From Chloroflexota bacterium (GTDB lineage: Bacteria; Chloroflexota; Dehalococcoidia; Lucifugimonadales; UBA3495): a stretch of 64,000 nucleotides of DNA. Positions 1 to 9,941 of this stretch are shown one piece after another. Numbering within the stretch: the stretch's first letter is position 1; each line of letters begins with the position of its first letter. The notes under the pieces are model-generated. The model worked only from the letters and a program-made list of their open reading frames with translations, was not told where the DNA came from and searched no databases. The DNA is taken from assembly GCA_028875055.1 (NCBI GenBank), contig JAPPGG010000014.1:8722-72721 (forward strand), given 5' to 3'. Position numbers and translations under genes: made by a program.

Positions 1-218
1 CGCGCCAGATCCCAGTAGAAGTCAGCGAACCGAACGTAAAGGGGACGGTCCAGTCCGAACTTGGCACGCAGAGCATCGATGGTCTCCTGAGACGCATCTT
101 CATCCACCATCAACTCCACCGGGTCTCCCAGAACGTTAATGGCGAGGAACAGTAACCCCATCAGGCCAGCCACAATAAACACTGAGTGGCCGACACGGCG
201 AATCATGTAGTTACGCAA
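1..218 (-). CDS. ABC transporter permease, peptide/nickel (DppB/OppB-like) family, N-terminal fragment; gene continues past the window start
   Basis: My own minus-strand translation is (M)RNYMIRRVGHSVFIVAGLMGLLFLAINVLGDPVELMVDEDASQETIDALRAKFGLDRPLYVRFADFYWDLA, a typical N-terminus of family-5 ABC permeases. TTG at 218 lies 5-6 nt after GGGGGA; an alternative ATG is at 206. It lies downstream of a family-5 binding-protein gene. Confidence 0.7.
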   Translation of the reverse strand, partial: MRNYMIRRVGHSVFIVAGLMGLLFLAINVLGDPVELMVDEDASQETIDALRAKFGLDRPLYVRFADFYWDLA

Positions 219-289
219 TTTCTTCCCCCGTCAGAACAGTTTGGCTGTCAGTAGTAGTAAATGTACATTCCGCTAGGGTTGGTTGAAGG

Positions 290-318
290 ATATTAAAGGC
301 AATTCCCGTTATCGTCAA
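290..318 (-). promoter_or_regulatory. sigma70-like promoter for the permease gene: TTGACG -17 nt- TAATAT
   Basis: Read on the minus strand: -35 at 318..313 and -10 at 295..290. This puts the TSS about 65-80 nt upstream of the permease start. Confidence 0.6.
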
Positions 319-438
319 CTACCTGCGCAATTCTGTAACAGTTCAGAGTTCCTATTCGCGGAGACCTGGAACTCGTCGGTCGGGTGCAGGCCGGAAAAAC
401 CGGCAACGCTGACGCTGCATACAGGTCCAGCGTAGCAA

Positions 439-470
439 GGATTCCTGGATACCGGCTCCAGCCGGTATGG
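439..470. repeat. REP-like GC-rich palindromic element (TACCGGC-TCCA-GCCGGTA flanked by GGATTCCTGG)
   Basis: Read directly. Spurious ORFs across it translate to the ...IPAGAGIQE... type peptides that are typical of such elements. Confidence 0.5.
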
Positions 471-742
471 CGGGGCTGCCTGGCTGGAAAATCCCACCAA
501 ATCTGAACATCTGCGCAAGTCTCGGGCCAGCCTGCTTATGGGATACCCTCACCCTGCCCTTTCACCCTGCATTGAAATACCTGTCTTCGGATTTTACCAA
601 CATTGCTCGTTTAGTCAACGTCAACGTAATAGGTTGCAATAGTTCGGAGCTGTCAAGCATTTTATAGCAGGAAATAGGTGAAGCCAATACGCCAAATGAT
701 TCTGTTCCGAAATCATCAGAATCGACTCTTGAGTAACCGCCT

Positions 743-769
743 GGGAACCGCCCGCGGCCTGCGGCCCGC
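743..769. repeat. REP-like element, degenerate copy (GGGAACCGCCCGCGGCCTGCGGCCCGC)
   Basis: It shares the GGGAACCG...GCGG core with the copies at 10854 and 12680. Confidence 0.4.
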
Positions 770-872
770 AAGTCCTCCGGACCCTGGCAGCCGTGGGCTC
801 CTATGGCAGGGGACCGCAACAGCCCTACCCGCGTTCTTCGAGGCCGGTTGCAATGAGAGTACGCAATTTGCC

Positions 873-903
873 GTGACGTGGATTCCCGGGGCTCCCACCG
901 GCC
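873..903. repeat. REP-like element, degenerate copy (GTGACGTGGATTCCCGGGGCTCCCACCGGCC)
   Basis: GGATTCCCGG core. It translates as ..WIPGAP.. in a spurious ORF. Confidence 0.4.
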
Positions 904-950
904 ACAGTTCTTGTTTGCCCTGCATTGACTCCCTGCGCTGCAGCGTGAGA

Positions 951-1000
951 ATTACAAGAAAGCGCCCCGGCAACCTGTAACAGGCAAACCGGGGCGCGCT
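951..1000 (-). terminator. rho-independent terminator downstream of the binding-protein gene
   Basis: The 9-bp GC stem GCGCCCCGG/CCGGGGCGC (962-970 / 989-997) is followed on the minus strand by TTTCTTGTAAT. Confidence 0.65.
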
Positions 1001-1021
1001 GGAATCAAACCTTGGAATCTG

Positions 1022-2947
1022 TTACTGCGAGAACCTCATGGAGTTCACGCGGGTGCGGGGATCGTACCTGGGTTCCCATTCCAGGTTTGCGGCCATGCCG
1101 TACACCTGTACGGAAACGAAGAAGGGCAGGAACCAGTATTCGTCATGAATAATCTGGGCCATCGCTTCCATCTTGCGAACCCGATCGGGACCAAGCGGGG
1201 TGGAGATAGCATCGTCGATGCTGTCCTCGAAGGACTGCCCGTCAATGCCTGGGACCAGGTTGCAGACGCGGCTGTTTACGTTGAAGCAGCTATTGCGGAG
1301 CACCAGCTGACGCTGCATGTCCAGCGCCTCGTTTGAGGTAGCCGTCTCATAGTAGTGGGTGGAAGCGCCGAAGGGGGCCGGCGGCGTCTGTTCAGCGCAG
1401 GCCAGGGCGCCGGAGCGGTCCTGGCTTCCGTCATCATTGACGACGATGAACTTGCCGCATCCGGACCGGCGAGCTTCGCGCGCCCGGTTGGGCTCCAGCA
1501 CCACCACGTGGGCATTCACGCCCAGGTCGCGCCAGGTTGAAACCACGGACTCGAACATCTCCAGGCCGCGATACACGCGGGCGGCGCGGGTGTGAATCCG
1601 GATCTCTTCGTTTACGTCGAAGTTATTGTCAGCGGGATCGTACTCAGGCTTGTAATATCCCGAGGCGGCCAGCAGTTCGCGGGACTTGTCGGGGTCAAAG
1701 CCGTAGTCGGCATAGTTGCTCTCGTTGATGCCAACCGTACCCCACTGGGAGATATTGCCTATGCATTCCTGGAGGCCATCGTAGAGGACTTCCATCAGGG
1801 TCTGACAGTCCACACCCAGGGCGAGGGCCTGCCTGACTTCCTTCTTCCTCAACTCGGGGTGCCAGATGTTGTCGGCCACCAGGGTGAATACCTCGTTGTT
1901 GGTACCGCTCTTGGCTACAGGGACCGCCTCGATATTCTCGAAGCCGATGTCCACGGCCCAGTCGCCTTCACCGGCCTGGATCACAGCGGCGCGAACCAGG
2001 GGTTCCGGACGCCAGATCTGGAAAGCATACTGGATGGAAGGGGCCTGCGCGTCAAAAGCGGTGTTGGGCTTGTAGTTCTCGTACGCCTCGATCTCCACTT
2101 CTACGCCAGGACGCCATTCGACTATCTTGTAGGGACCGATACCGATGGTGTTGCGTTCCCGCTCGTCTTCACTGGCATTCTGATACCACTCAGGCGCCTG
2201 GAAGACGGTGAAAATGGCCGTGCGGGGGAAAATGGGGCAGACCTTTTCGCAGACTACGTCCACCGTCAGGTCGTCAACGACTTCACCGGTAATGGTTTGA
2301 TGGAAGCTGAATCCGCCCCCAATGTCGGGCCTGCCATTCTGGTCCAGGTTCCAGGCCACGGCCTCGGCGTTCCAGGGTTCTCCGTTGTGGAATTCAACGC
2401 CTTCCCGCAGGTTGAACCGCCACCGGTCCGGGTCAACCTGGGACCAGCTGTCAACGCCGCTCAGGGGCACAACTTCAAAGTTGGTGCTGTCAATCCACGT
2501 GAACGGGTCGGTTGCGATTTCTTCGCAGATCATCGACGGTACGTTTCCGCTGCAACCGTCGCTGAAGGTGCCCAGTGAAGTGGGCTCTTCCTGGGTTACC
2601 AGGTAGATCGTGTCTTTAGCGGAGAAAGCGGCGCCGGGGGTAGGGGTCGGAACCGGCGTCGCGGTGGCAGAAGCTGCCCCGGGCTCGGGAGTGGGAGTAG
2701 ATTCAAACTGCCGGGTCTCCGTCAGGGCACGTGCGTCTGTGGGAACAGCCGGGGCCGGCGCTTCAGCAGCTGGCTCTCCCGCAGCGGCAGGCTCTTGCGG
2801 AGCAGCGGCGGGAGCGGCTGGCTGACTGGCCGGCTCTTGCGCCGGCGCCGGGGCCTCGGAAGCGCCGCAAGCTACCGCGAAAAGAGCCGCAAATATCAGG
2901 AATGTCAGCGAATACCTTCGCCAGGGAACAACCTTGGGAAACCTCAT
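1022..2947 (-). CDS. ABC transporter substrate-binding lipoprotein, family 5 (peptide/nickel type)
   Basis: ORF 1022..3037. I trimmed the start to ATG 2947 (MRFPKVVPW...), which is preceded by AGGAGG 8 nt upstream. It has a signal peptide with a lipobox (LFAVAC), a Pro/Ala-rich linker and then an SBP_bac_5-like body. Confidence 0.85.
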   Translation of the reverse strand: MRFPKVVPWRRYSLTFLIFAALFAVACGASEAPAPAQEPASQPAAPAAAPQEPAAAGEPAAEAPAPAVPTDARALTETRQFESTPTPEPGAASATATPVPTPTPGAAFSAKDTIYLVTQEEPTSLGTFSDGCSGNVPSMICEEIATDPFTWIDSTNFEVVPLSGVDSWSQVDPDRWRFNLREGVEFHNGEPWNAEAVAWNLDQNGRPDIGGGFSFHQTITGEVVDDLTVDVVCEKVCPIFPRTAIFTVFQAPEWYQNASEDERERNTIGIGPYKIVEWRPGVEVEIEAYENYKPNTAFDAQAPSIQYAFQIWRPEPLVRAAVIQAGEGDWAVDIGFENIEAVPVAKSGTNNEVFTLVADNIWHPELRKKEVRQALALGVDCQTLMEVLYDGLQECIGNISQWGTVGINESNYADYGFDPDKSRELLAASGYYKPEYDPADNNFDVNEEIRIHTRAARVYRGLEMFESVVSTWRDLGVNAHVVVLEPNRAREARRSGCGKFIVVNDDGSQDRSGALACAEQTPPAPFGASTHYYETATSNEALDMQRQLVLRNSCFNVNSRVCNLVPGIDGQSFEDSIDDAISTPLGPDRVRKMEAMAQIIHDEYWFLPFFVSVQVYGMAANLEWEPRYDPRTRVNSMRFSQ

Positions 2948-3093
2948 CCTGTGAAACCTCCTGCCATTTTGGATTATATACGGGAACCCATCTTGGATTC
3001 GGACTCCCGAACGCGGAATCAAGCCTGGACCAGGCAATCAAAAAAGTGCAAACCTTGCCGAACCTGAATCAAGCAGGCTATTAGTACGGGAAA

Positions 3094-3122
3094 CTTATAC
3101 AGGCCTGCTATTCTTTTGTCAA
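3094..3122 (-). promoter_or_regulatory. sigma70-like promoter for the binding-protein gene: TTGACA -17 nt- TATAAG
   Basis: Read on the minus strand: -35 at 3122..3117 and -10 at 3099..3094. It sits in an AT-rich intergenic region, about 140 nt upstream of ATG 2947. Confidence 0.65.
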
Positions 3123-3501
3123 TACGTTACAAATTTCACACACCGGCAACGTCGAATATCGTAACAATTATTACTCTTGCCAAAGAAGTTATAGTATAAT
3201 TTTGGCGCATAGTTTCATTACCCGATTGGTTACAGGCATCGGGTCCCGCTGGCGGATATCAGCAGAAGCGCCCGAGTATTGTTAATGGCACGTAACGAAT
3301 TTTTACCTCGCCATACACCAATCATTGATTAAATGGAAATTCCTAGTACCATATATGTTAGGCCAATCGGCAATCACCAACGGAGACTCGATGGGACCTG
3401 TTTCATTTCCCGAGCGTTGGAATCGGGGGACCCGAACTTCCGGCCCGAGAGCGGGCAGTCCATAGTGGGAACTAGTTTGTCAGTTTTAGAGGGTGCAAAG
3501 A

Positions 3502-3951
3502 ATGAATCTGGCTTTGGAAGGCGGAATTTATGGTTACCTGGTGCCTGCCGCGAGAATCATAGCGGGCTTCTTCGTCGGCATGATGCTGGGCATTGTGGGT
3601 GGCTGGGCGGGGCTTACGTTCAATGCAATGGTGGGATATCCCTGGGCTGCCAGCGTGCATTTGTCCATCTACATTTTTGGCATTGGTTTGGGAGCCGGGC
3701 TGGGAGCATACATGGGGTGGATTAACCTCAATCTGCGCTGGTATGTGGTCGTTGCCACCGGCGCCGCAATCGTTCTGGCCGGCATCATTGGCAGCGCTGT
3801 TGGGAACCTATACTGGGAGTTGTTTACCGACGCTACCTACATGGGCGCCAGGGACACCCGGGTGAACATTACTCACTTCGGGGCGGCCGTAGCCGCTTCC
3901 GTGGTTTCCACCGGGCTGGGGCTCTATTTCCATGTCCGCACGCACAATTAG
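3502..3951 (+). CDS. hypothetical integral membrane protein (about 4 TM helices)
   Basis: Gly/Ala-rich hydrophobic ORF. ATG 3502 follows AGAGGG; an alternative GTG is at 3493. A hairpin terminator follows. I recognised no family. Confidence 0.6.
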   Translation: MNLALEGGIYGYLVPAARIIAGFFVGMMLGIVGGWAGLTFNAMVGYPWAASVHLSIYIFGIGLGAGLGAYMGWINLNLRWYVVVATGAAIVLAGIIGSAVGNLYWELFTDATYMGARDTRVNITHFGAAVAASVVSTGLGLYFHVRTHN

Positions 3952-3984
3952 CGCAACTAGAAGAATTGGTTGCCCGCCATTTTG

Positions 3985-4019
3985 CCCCGGAAGCCGTTTT
4001 CGCTTCCGGGGTTAATTTC
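3985..4019 (+). terminator. rho-independent terminator after the 3502..3951 membrane protein gene
   Basis: CCCCGGAAGC / GCTTCCGGGG is a 10-bp stem (3985-3994 / 4002-4011), followed by TTAATTT. Confidence 0.65.
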
Positions 4020-4141
4020 GATTGGGGCCCTGCCTCTCTCTTTTCTCAATACCGGCCCATCTGTAAGCCCAACTGCCTTGTTCCTCAAGATTCAACCGCG
4101 CCCCTGGACTCTGCGAATAGATTATTGGAGAAATTTAACCC

Positions 4142-5536
4142 GTGACTACCACAGATATTACCGGACATCTTGCTCGATACATGGCTGAAGCCAGGAACAG
4201 ACCGCTGCCACCCGAAGTTGCCGTGGCCGGCAAGCACCGGATACTTGATACGCTGGGCGCCGTAATTTCGGGGGCGCGGCTCAAGCCTGGTGAAATGGCC
4301 ATCAACTACATCAGGCTCCAGGGCGGCGCTCCTGAGTCTTCGGTGCTGGCCACCGACATCAGGACCTCGGCGGTAAATGCCGCCCTCGCCAACGGAATGT
4401 TCGGTCACGCCGACGAGACCGACGATTTTGAACCGGTAACCAAGTCGCACCCCGGCTGCTCAGTAGTGCCGGCGGCCTTGGCCATGGCCGAGAGGGCGGG
4501 CAGTTCAGGGGAGGAATTGCTGCGGGGGGTAGCCCTGGGCTACGACCTCTGCTGCCGCTTCCTGCTTGCCCTGGACCCTGACGCCGTGAGGGGCGGCCAC
4601 CGCAGCGCCGAGGGCACCAGCTCAACCATGGGCAGCGTGGGCAGCGCCGCCTCCATGGCCCGGCTGGACGAGGCCGGCATGCGTTATGCCATATCCTATG
4701 CCGCCCAGCAGGTATCCGGGGTCTGGAGTTGGGTTCGCGATGCAGAGCACGTGGAAAAAGCTTTTGACTTCGCAGGTATGGGCGCCCGCAACGGGGTCAC
4801 CGCCGCCACCATGGCGGAGGCCGGCCTGACCGGTGTCTGGGACGTTCTGGAAGGCGAGCACAATGTCCTCCAGGCCTTGTCCCTGGATCCCCGCCCCGAT
4901 GAGATGGTGGACGGCCTGGGCAGCAGGTTCTTCATTACCGAAACCGCTATCAAGCCCTACTCGGTGGGGTATCCGATCCAGGCAGCCCTGGACGCCTTTT
5001 TTGCCTTGCAACGGCAGCACGGCCTTACCGCCGACAACGTGGACTCCATTACCGTCAGGCTGCCCAGGGACGGCGCCGGCGTGGTAAACAACCGCTCAAT
5101 GCCCGACGTTAACTGCCAGCACATGATTGCCGTAGCCCTGATGGACGGTGCGGTGACCTTCCTCTCCACCCACGACTACGAGCGGATGTCGGATCCCGCC
5201 ACCCTGAAGGTAAAGGATCGCGTAACGCTTATACCGGATGAAGACCTGATGGACCCGTCGGCCCCCCGGAGCGGCAAGGTCATCGCAAACCTGAAAGACG
5301 GCTCGACAGTAGAGCATTTCACGCCCCACGCTTACGGCACCAAGGAAAACCCCATGTCCACCGAGGACGTTAACTCCAAGGTGAAGCTGTTGCTTGAGCC
5401 TGTGCTGGGCCCGCGCAAGACCGGGTCGGTCATTGAGATAGTCAACAGCCTGGAGGACTTGCCCGATGTGCGGGAACTGATTCCCTACCTGACTGTTTCA
5501 GCGGCCGAAATGGGGGAAGCAACATTCACACACTAG
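4142..5536 (+). CDS. MmgE/PrpD family protein (2-methylcitrate dehydratase-like)
   Basis: 464 aa. The N-terminus (LARYMAEARNRPLPPEVAVAGKHRILDTLGAVISG) and the overall length match the MmgE/PrpD family. GTG start. Confidence 0.85.
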   Translation: MTTTDITGHLARYMAEARNRPLPPEVAVAGKHRILDTLGAVISGARLKPGEMAINYIRLQGGAPESSVLATDIRTSAVNAALANGMFGHADETDDFEPVTKSHPGCSVVPAALAMAERAGSSGEELLRGVALGYDLCCRFLLALDPDAVRGGHRSAEGTSSTMGSVGSAASMARLDEAGMRYAISYAAQQVSGVWSWVRDAEHVEKAFDFAGMGARNGVTAATMAEAGLTGVWDVLEGEHNVLQALSLDPRPDEMVDGLGSRFFITETAIKPYSVGYPIQAALDAFFALQRQHGLTADNVDSITVRLPRDGAGVVNNRSMPDVNCQHMIAVALMDGAVTFLSTHDYERMSDPATLKVKDRVTLIPDEDLMDPSAPRSGKVIANLKDGSTVEHFTPHAYGTKENPMSTEDVNSKVKLLLEPVLGPRKTGSVIEIVNSLEDLPDVRELIPYLTVSAAEMGEATFTH

Positions 5537-5561
5537 CGGTATGCCGCTTCACCAAAGCGCC

Positions 5562-5609
5562 GAAATAGATAAGGGGGGCGAGCGCCGGGCTCACCCCCTT
5601 ATCTATTTC
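5562..5609. terminator. 16-bp perfect hairpin between the convergent prpD-like gene and dnaN (bidirectional terminator candidate)
   Basis: GAAATAGATAAGGGGG (5562-5577) pairs with CCCCCTTATCTATTTC (5594-5609). A T-rich stretch follows on the plus strand. Confidence 0.6.
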
Positions 5610-5645
5610 TTCGTGACCGTCAGCCGCTGCCGGCAAAAGCCTGAA

Positions 5646-6785
5646 CTACCATTGAACGAACATCGGCATTACAACGTGGACATAGTCCTCCGACCCGATG
5701 GGCTTGAACACGCCGGGACTTGACGAGGTGGTTGTCTCCAGGGCCACCTGCCCCCGGTCCAGTACGGTCAGCACGTCCTGCAGGTACTTGCTGTTAAAGG
5801 CAATCCTCGATTCCCCGCCTTCTATCGCCTCCGTGTCCACCTCTCCCTGGTTTTCTCCCACCTCTTCCGACCGGGCCGAGACTACGGCCTTGCCGGCAAC
5901 ACCCTCCTCCTCGGGCGGCGTCATCTGCAACCGGATAATGTTGCTGCCGTCCCGAGCGAAAATTGCCGCCGTACGGGTGGCGCGGAGCAACTTCTGCAGA
6001 TCAAATACGCTGCGGGTATCGTAATTCTGGGGAATCAACTGGTCGTAATTGGGGAAGGTGCCCTGCAGCAGCTGGGAAACCACCTCCACCCCGGCAACCT
6101 TGAAGAGCACCTGCCCCCTCGCCGGAACCATCATTATTTCGACGGGATCATCCTGCTCCCCCAGCAGGCGATTCAATTCGTTCAGGGTCCTCGCCGGTAC
6201 AATCACCCCAATTTCTTCCACTACCGGCTCCGCAAGGGTGCCGTGCTGCACCGCCAGGCGAAAACCGTCCGCCGCAGCCAGCGTAAACCGGTCCCCGGAC
6301 AGCTTGGCCTCCACCCCCGTCAGGACCGGTCGGGACTCTTCGGTGGCGGCGGCGAATACTACCCGGGTAATCGCAGTCTTCAGGGCCTGGGAGCCTACGC
6401 TGGCCGAAACTCCTTCCTCCACCTGGGGGATAGGGGGGAAATCGTCCGCGCTGGCCCCGTGGATTCGAGCCTCCGCGCGGCCGCACACCAGTTGCATAAC
6501 CCCGCTGCCGGCCTCCAGTTCCAGGTCGATCCGGTCACTGGGCAGCGAATTGACGAACTCGGTCAGCAGTCGAGCCGGCAAGGTGATTGACCCTTCCTCT
6601 TCAATCATCGCCCCAATCCACGTCGTAATGGCAATCTCCAGATTGGTGGCCGAAAGCTTGAGCATCGACCGGTCAGTCTCCAGCAGGACATTCTGGGTTA
6701 TGGGCAATGTGGCGCGGCTGGCAACAGCCCTGCCGACAATGGACAGACCACGACTGAGGTTCTCTTGCAGGCACGAAAGTTTCAT
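5646..6785 (-). CDS. dnaN: DNA polymerase III beta sliding clamp
   Basis: MKLSCLQENLSRGLSIVGRAVASRATLPITQNVLLE... is the typical DnaN N-terminus; 379 aa. Start trimmed to ATG 6785, which follows AGGGGA. Confidence 0.9.
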   Translation of the reverse strand: MKLSCLQENLSRGLSIVGRAVASRATLPITQNVLLETDRSMLKLSATNLEIAITTWIGAMIEEEGSITLPARLLTEFVNSLPSDRIDLELEAGSGVMQLVCGRAEARIHGASADDFPPIPQVEEGVSASVGSQALKTAITRVVFAAATEESRPVLTGVEAKLSGDRFTLAAADGFRLAVQHGTLAEPVVEEIGVIVPARTLNELNRLLGEQDDPVEIMMVPARGQVLFKVAGVEVVSQLLQGTFPNYDQLIPQNYDTRSVFDLQKLLRATRTAAIFARDGSNIIRLQMTPPEEEGVAGKAVVSARSEEVGENQGEVDTEAIEGGESRIAFNSKYLQDVLTVLDRGQVALETTTSSSPGVFKPIGSEDYVHVVMPMFVQW

Positions 6786-7039
6786 TTGGGGTCCCCTGAA
6801 AATGCGCATTCGACTGCGCAAGTTTTGATTTCAAACTCCCAGGAATTTTATGCTATAAATTACGCCAATGCAAAAGCCGTTTGACATCATCTCGCCAAAC
6901 CTTACCAGTTCGCTGGAGGCAGACCCTCCCAGGTCACCCGCGCGGGAGCCCTGACGTCAGCCCTGCTCCCACAGGCGCCATTCCGATGTGTGCCCTCCGG
7001 CGTCTGCTATAATGCTCCGGTGTCTCCAACCCCTGCCGA

Positions 7040-7765
7040 ATGGACAAGATACCAATGACGGAATTGCTCGCTCAGTCAGATGCCTATATGAAGGAATTTT
7101 CCGCAACGGTGGTCGAGGTTGTGGATGGTGGCGTGGTTCTGGACCGCACCGCCTTCTATATCGGCGGCGGCGGCCAGCCCTGCGACACCGGTACTCTGAG
7201 CGACGGCTCCCACACCTACAACGTCACTAAAGTCGGGAGAGTTGACGGTAAGATTGTTCACCAGATGGATGGGCCCACCCCAGCAGTCGGTACCCAGGTC
7301 ACGGGAGTTATTGACTGGGAAACCCGTTACCGCTTGATGCGCACCCACTCTGCCCTCCACATACTCTGCGGGGTTGTCTGGAGGGACTATGGCGCCAAGG
7401 TTACGGGCGGAGACATGCGACCGGGCGAGGCCCGCATGGACTTCGAACTGGAGCAGATGAGCGCCGAGTTTGCCACCGAAGTAGAGGCAAAGGTTAACGC
7501 CGAAGTGGCGGCAGGCCGTCCCATCCACGTCAACGTTCTGACCCGGTCCGAGGCGGAAGAAGTACCCGACCTCATCCGCACCAGGATCAACCTGCTCCCC
7601 GCCAACATCCAGGAGGTTCGCACGATAGACATATCCGGCCTGGACCTTCAGGCCGACGGCGGAACCCACGTGGCCAACACTTCCGAGGTGGGAACTATCC
7701 AGGTTGTGGGTCACGAAAGCAAGGGCAGGATCAACAAGCGGCTGCGCATAGCCCTGGCGGACTAG
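7040..7765 (+). CDS. AlaX-like alanyl-tRNA editing protein (Ser/Gly-tRNA(Ala) deacylase)
   Basis: 241 aa with GGGQPCDTG, HSALHIL and GGTHV motifs, characteristic of the AlaRS second additional/editing domain. Confidence 0.8.
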   Translation: MDKIPMTELLAQSDAYMKEFSATVVEVVDGGVVLDRTAFYIGGGGQPCDTGTLSDGSHTYNVTKVGRVDGKIVHQMDGPTPAVGTQVTGVIDWETRYRLMRTHSALHILCGVVWRDYGAKVTGGDMRPGEARMDFELEQMSAEFATEVEAKVNAEVAAGRPIHVNVLTRSEAEEVPDLIRTRINLLPANIQEVRTIDISGLDLQADGGTHVANTSEVGTIQVVGHESKGRINKRLRIALAD

Positions 7766-7897
7766 CCAGCGAAACCTCGGGCGCCATATGTTCAAGCCGC
7801 CATCCAGGCCAGTCAATCCTTTCAACCCTTTGTTTTTGCCCGACGGGCCGGCGCTTTCTCGCTCAAATAAATCTGGCACATCCTTCTAATAGCGTTC

Positions 7898-9904
7898 ATG
7901 ACACAGACCATCGTTGGCATCGATGTCGGCGGCACTTTTACCGACATAGCTATCCTCAAGGATGGCGTCCTTTCCGTACACAAACTGCCATCCACCCCTG
8001 CGGATCCTTCCCGGGGCGTACGGCAGGGCATCGCTGAAATTGACGTTGGACCGGCCGAGTACGTTCACGGCTCCACCGTCGCTACCAATGCCCTCCTGGA
8101 AGGCAAGGGCGGCAGGACTGCCCTCATAACAACCCTGGGCTTCGAGGACGTGCTGGAAATCGGTCGCCAGAGCCGCTCCGACCTCTACGACCTCAACCTG
8201 GACCGCGCCCCCGCCCTGGCTCCCTGGGAACTCAGGTTCGGCCTCCCCGAGCGGGTGGACTATAGGGGTGAAATCCTGGAGGACCTCCAGGACGACGCTA
8301 TCGCCACTCTCTTGACGCTGATCGCTGAAGCCGATGTGGACGGTGTCGCCGTATCCTTCCTGTTTTCCTTCCTGAATTCGCTCCACGAAGAGAAGCTCCT
8401 GGCGGCCCTCAGGCGGCTTCCCAGTCCTCCCTTCATTTCCATTTCCTCCCAGGTCATCCCCGAGTTCCGGGAATACGAACGCACCAGCACCGTGGTCGTC
8501 AACTCCTACGTGGGACCGGTGATGGCCCGGTACCTTGGCGAACTGGAGCAGTCCCTGGGCAGCGGTCTGCGCATTATGCAGTCCTCGGGCGGCAGCATTA
8601 CCGCTCGGCTGGCCGCGGAGCAACCCGTCCGCACGATCCTGAGCGGCCCGGCCGGCGGCGTGGTTGGCGCGTTCTTCACCGGCCAGCAGGCGGGATACCC
8701 GGACATCATAACCCTGGATATGGGCGGCACCTCCACCGACGTTTCCCTCTGCCCCGGCAGAATCAAGGAGACCACCTCCGCCACCCTGGGCGGCTATCCC
8801 ATCAGCGTTCCCATGATCGAAATCCATACCGTGGGCGCCGGCGGCGGTTCCATTGCCCGGATCGACGCTGGCGGAGCCCTGGTGGTGGGACCCGAGTCGG
8901 CCGGCGCCGACCCGGGCCCGGCCTGCTACGGCAGGGGCGATCGCATCACCGTAACCGACGCCAACCTGGCCCTGGGCCGGCTGCGTCCCGCTCAATTCCT
9001 CGGCGGCCGGCTGACCCTGGACCGGTCTTGGTCAGTGCAGCTGATTGACGAGTTGGCCCGGGAAGTGGGCGCCAGCATGGAAGAGACCGCCCTGGGCATC
9101 ATCCGGGTGGTAAACGCCAACATGGAGCGGGCCATCCGGACCATTTCCCTGGAAAGGGGGTACGATCCGCGCCTGTTTACCCTGGTCCCCTTCGGAGGAG
9201 CCGGCCCAATGCACAGCTGCGAATTGGCCCAGGAACTGGGAATTCCCAGGGTCATGATACCCACCCACCCGGGCATCCTGTCGGCCCTGGGGGTGGCAAT
9301 TGCCGATGTAGTCAAGGACTACTCCCGCACCGTCATGCTACGGGGCGAGGACGTTAACCGAGTCCGGCTGGACGAAGAGTTCCACGGAATGGAGAACCTG
9401 GCCCGGGCTGAAATGCAGACCGAGGGTCTCCCCGTTGACCGGATGACCTCCTCCCGTTACCTTGACGCCAGATACGTCGGACAGTCCTTTGAACTGACCA
9501 TAGACTACCCCTCGTCCACTCGCCGGACCGATCTCCGGCGGGCCATATCCAACAGCTTTTACCGGGCCCATCTTCAGCGCTTTGGGTACGCGGACCGGAA
9601 CGAAGCCGTGGAGATCGTAAACCTGCGCCTCAAACTGGAACTGGCGGTGGAAAAGCCGTCAATCCAGGTACCGGGCGAGGGGAACCACGACGCCAGCCAC
9701 GCCGCAATTGGCCGGGAAGAGGTTGTCTTCAGCAGCGGTACCCTGCCCACCGACCTGTTTGATCGCGACGCGCTAGGGCCCGGAAACAGGATCAGTGGTC
9801 CGGCCCTCCTACTCCAGCTGGACACCACCATAGTTGTGCCACCCGGCTGGGCCGGCACGGTGGATTCATTCGGAAACCTGGTGCTGGAGCCTCAGCAGGC
9901 CTGA
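7898..9904 (+). CDS. hydantoinase/oxoprolinase family protein, A subunit type (HyuA-like)
   Basis: 668 aa. The N-terminus IVGIDVGGTFTDIA is typical of N-methylhydantoinase A, 5-oxoprolinase and acetone carboxylase beta. Confidence 0.85.
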   Translation: MTQTIVGIDVGGTFTDIAILKDGVLSVHKLPSTPADPSRGVRQGIAEIDVGPAEYVHGSTVATNALLEGKGGRTALITTLGFEDVLEIGRQSRSDLYDLNLDRAPALAPWELRFGLPERVDYRGEILEDLQDDAIATLLTLIAEADVDGVAVSFLFSFLNSLHEEKLLAALRRLPSPPFISISSQVIPEFREYERTSTVVVNSYVGPVMARYLGELEQSLGSGLRIMQSSGGSITARLAAEQPVRTILSGPAGGVVGAFFTGQQAGYPDIITLDMGGTSTDVSLCPGRIKETTSATLGGYPISVPMIEIHTVGAGGGSIARIDAGGALVVGPESAGADPGPACYGRGDRITVTDANLALGRLRPAQFLGGRLTLDRSWSVQLIDELAREVGASMEETALGIIRVVNANMERAIRTISLERGYDPRLFTLVPFGGAGPMHSCELAQELGIPRVMIPTHPGILSALGVAIADVVKDYSRTVMLRGEDVNRVRLDEEFHGMENLARAEMQTEGLPVDRMTSSRYLDARYVGQSFELTIDYPSSTRRTDLRRAISNSFYRAHLQRFGYADRNEAVEIVNLRLKLELAVEKPSIQVPGEGNHDASHAAIGREEVVFSSGTLPTDLFDRDALGPGNRISGPALLLQLDTTIVVPPGWAGTVDSFGNLVLEPQQA

Positions 9905-9941
9905 CCGGGCCAAAATGCAACCTTAGTTCGGAGTGTTCCAA

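Noticed and set aside
330-830. Fragments resembling a cobalamin riboswitch (CTGTAACAG ... GGAGACCTGG at 333-369) and RNase P RNA motifs (AAGTCC...GGCTCCTATGGCAGGGGA at 770-815; GAGTAACCGCCTGGG at 731-745).
   Set aside because: The motif order is wrong for RNase P, and the universal GGAAAGUCCGGGC is missing. The B12-box match is only about 8 nt, with no downstream gene on that strand. The matches overlap REP-like GC palindromes, so they are most likely chance similarity.
6786-7039. A possible replication origin or DnaA boxes next to dnaN.
   Set aside because: There are no TTATCCACA-like boxes and no AT-rich unwinding element, and dnaA is not adjacent. This is only an ordinary divergent promoter region, with a TATAAT at about 7007 for the alaX-like gene.
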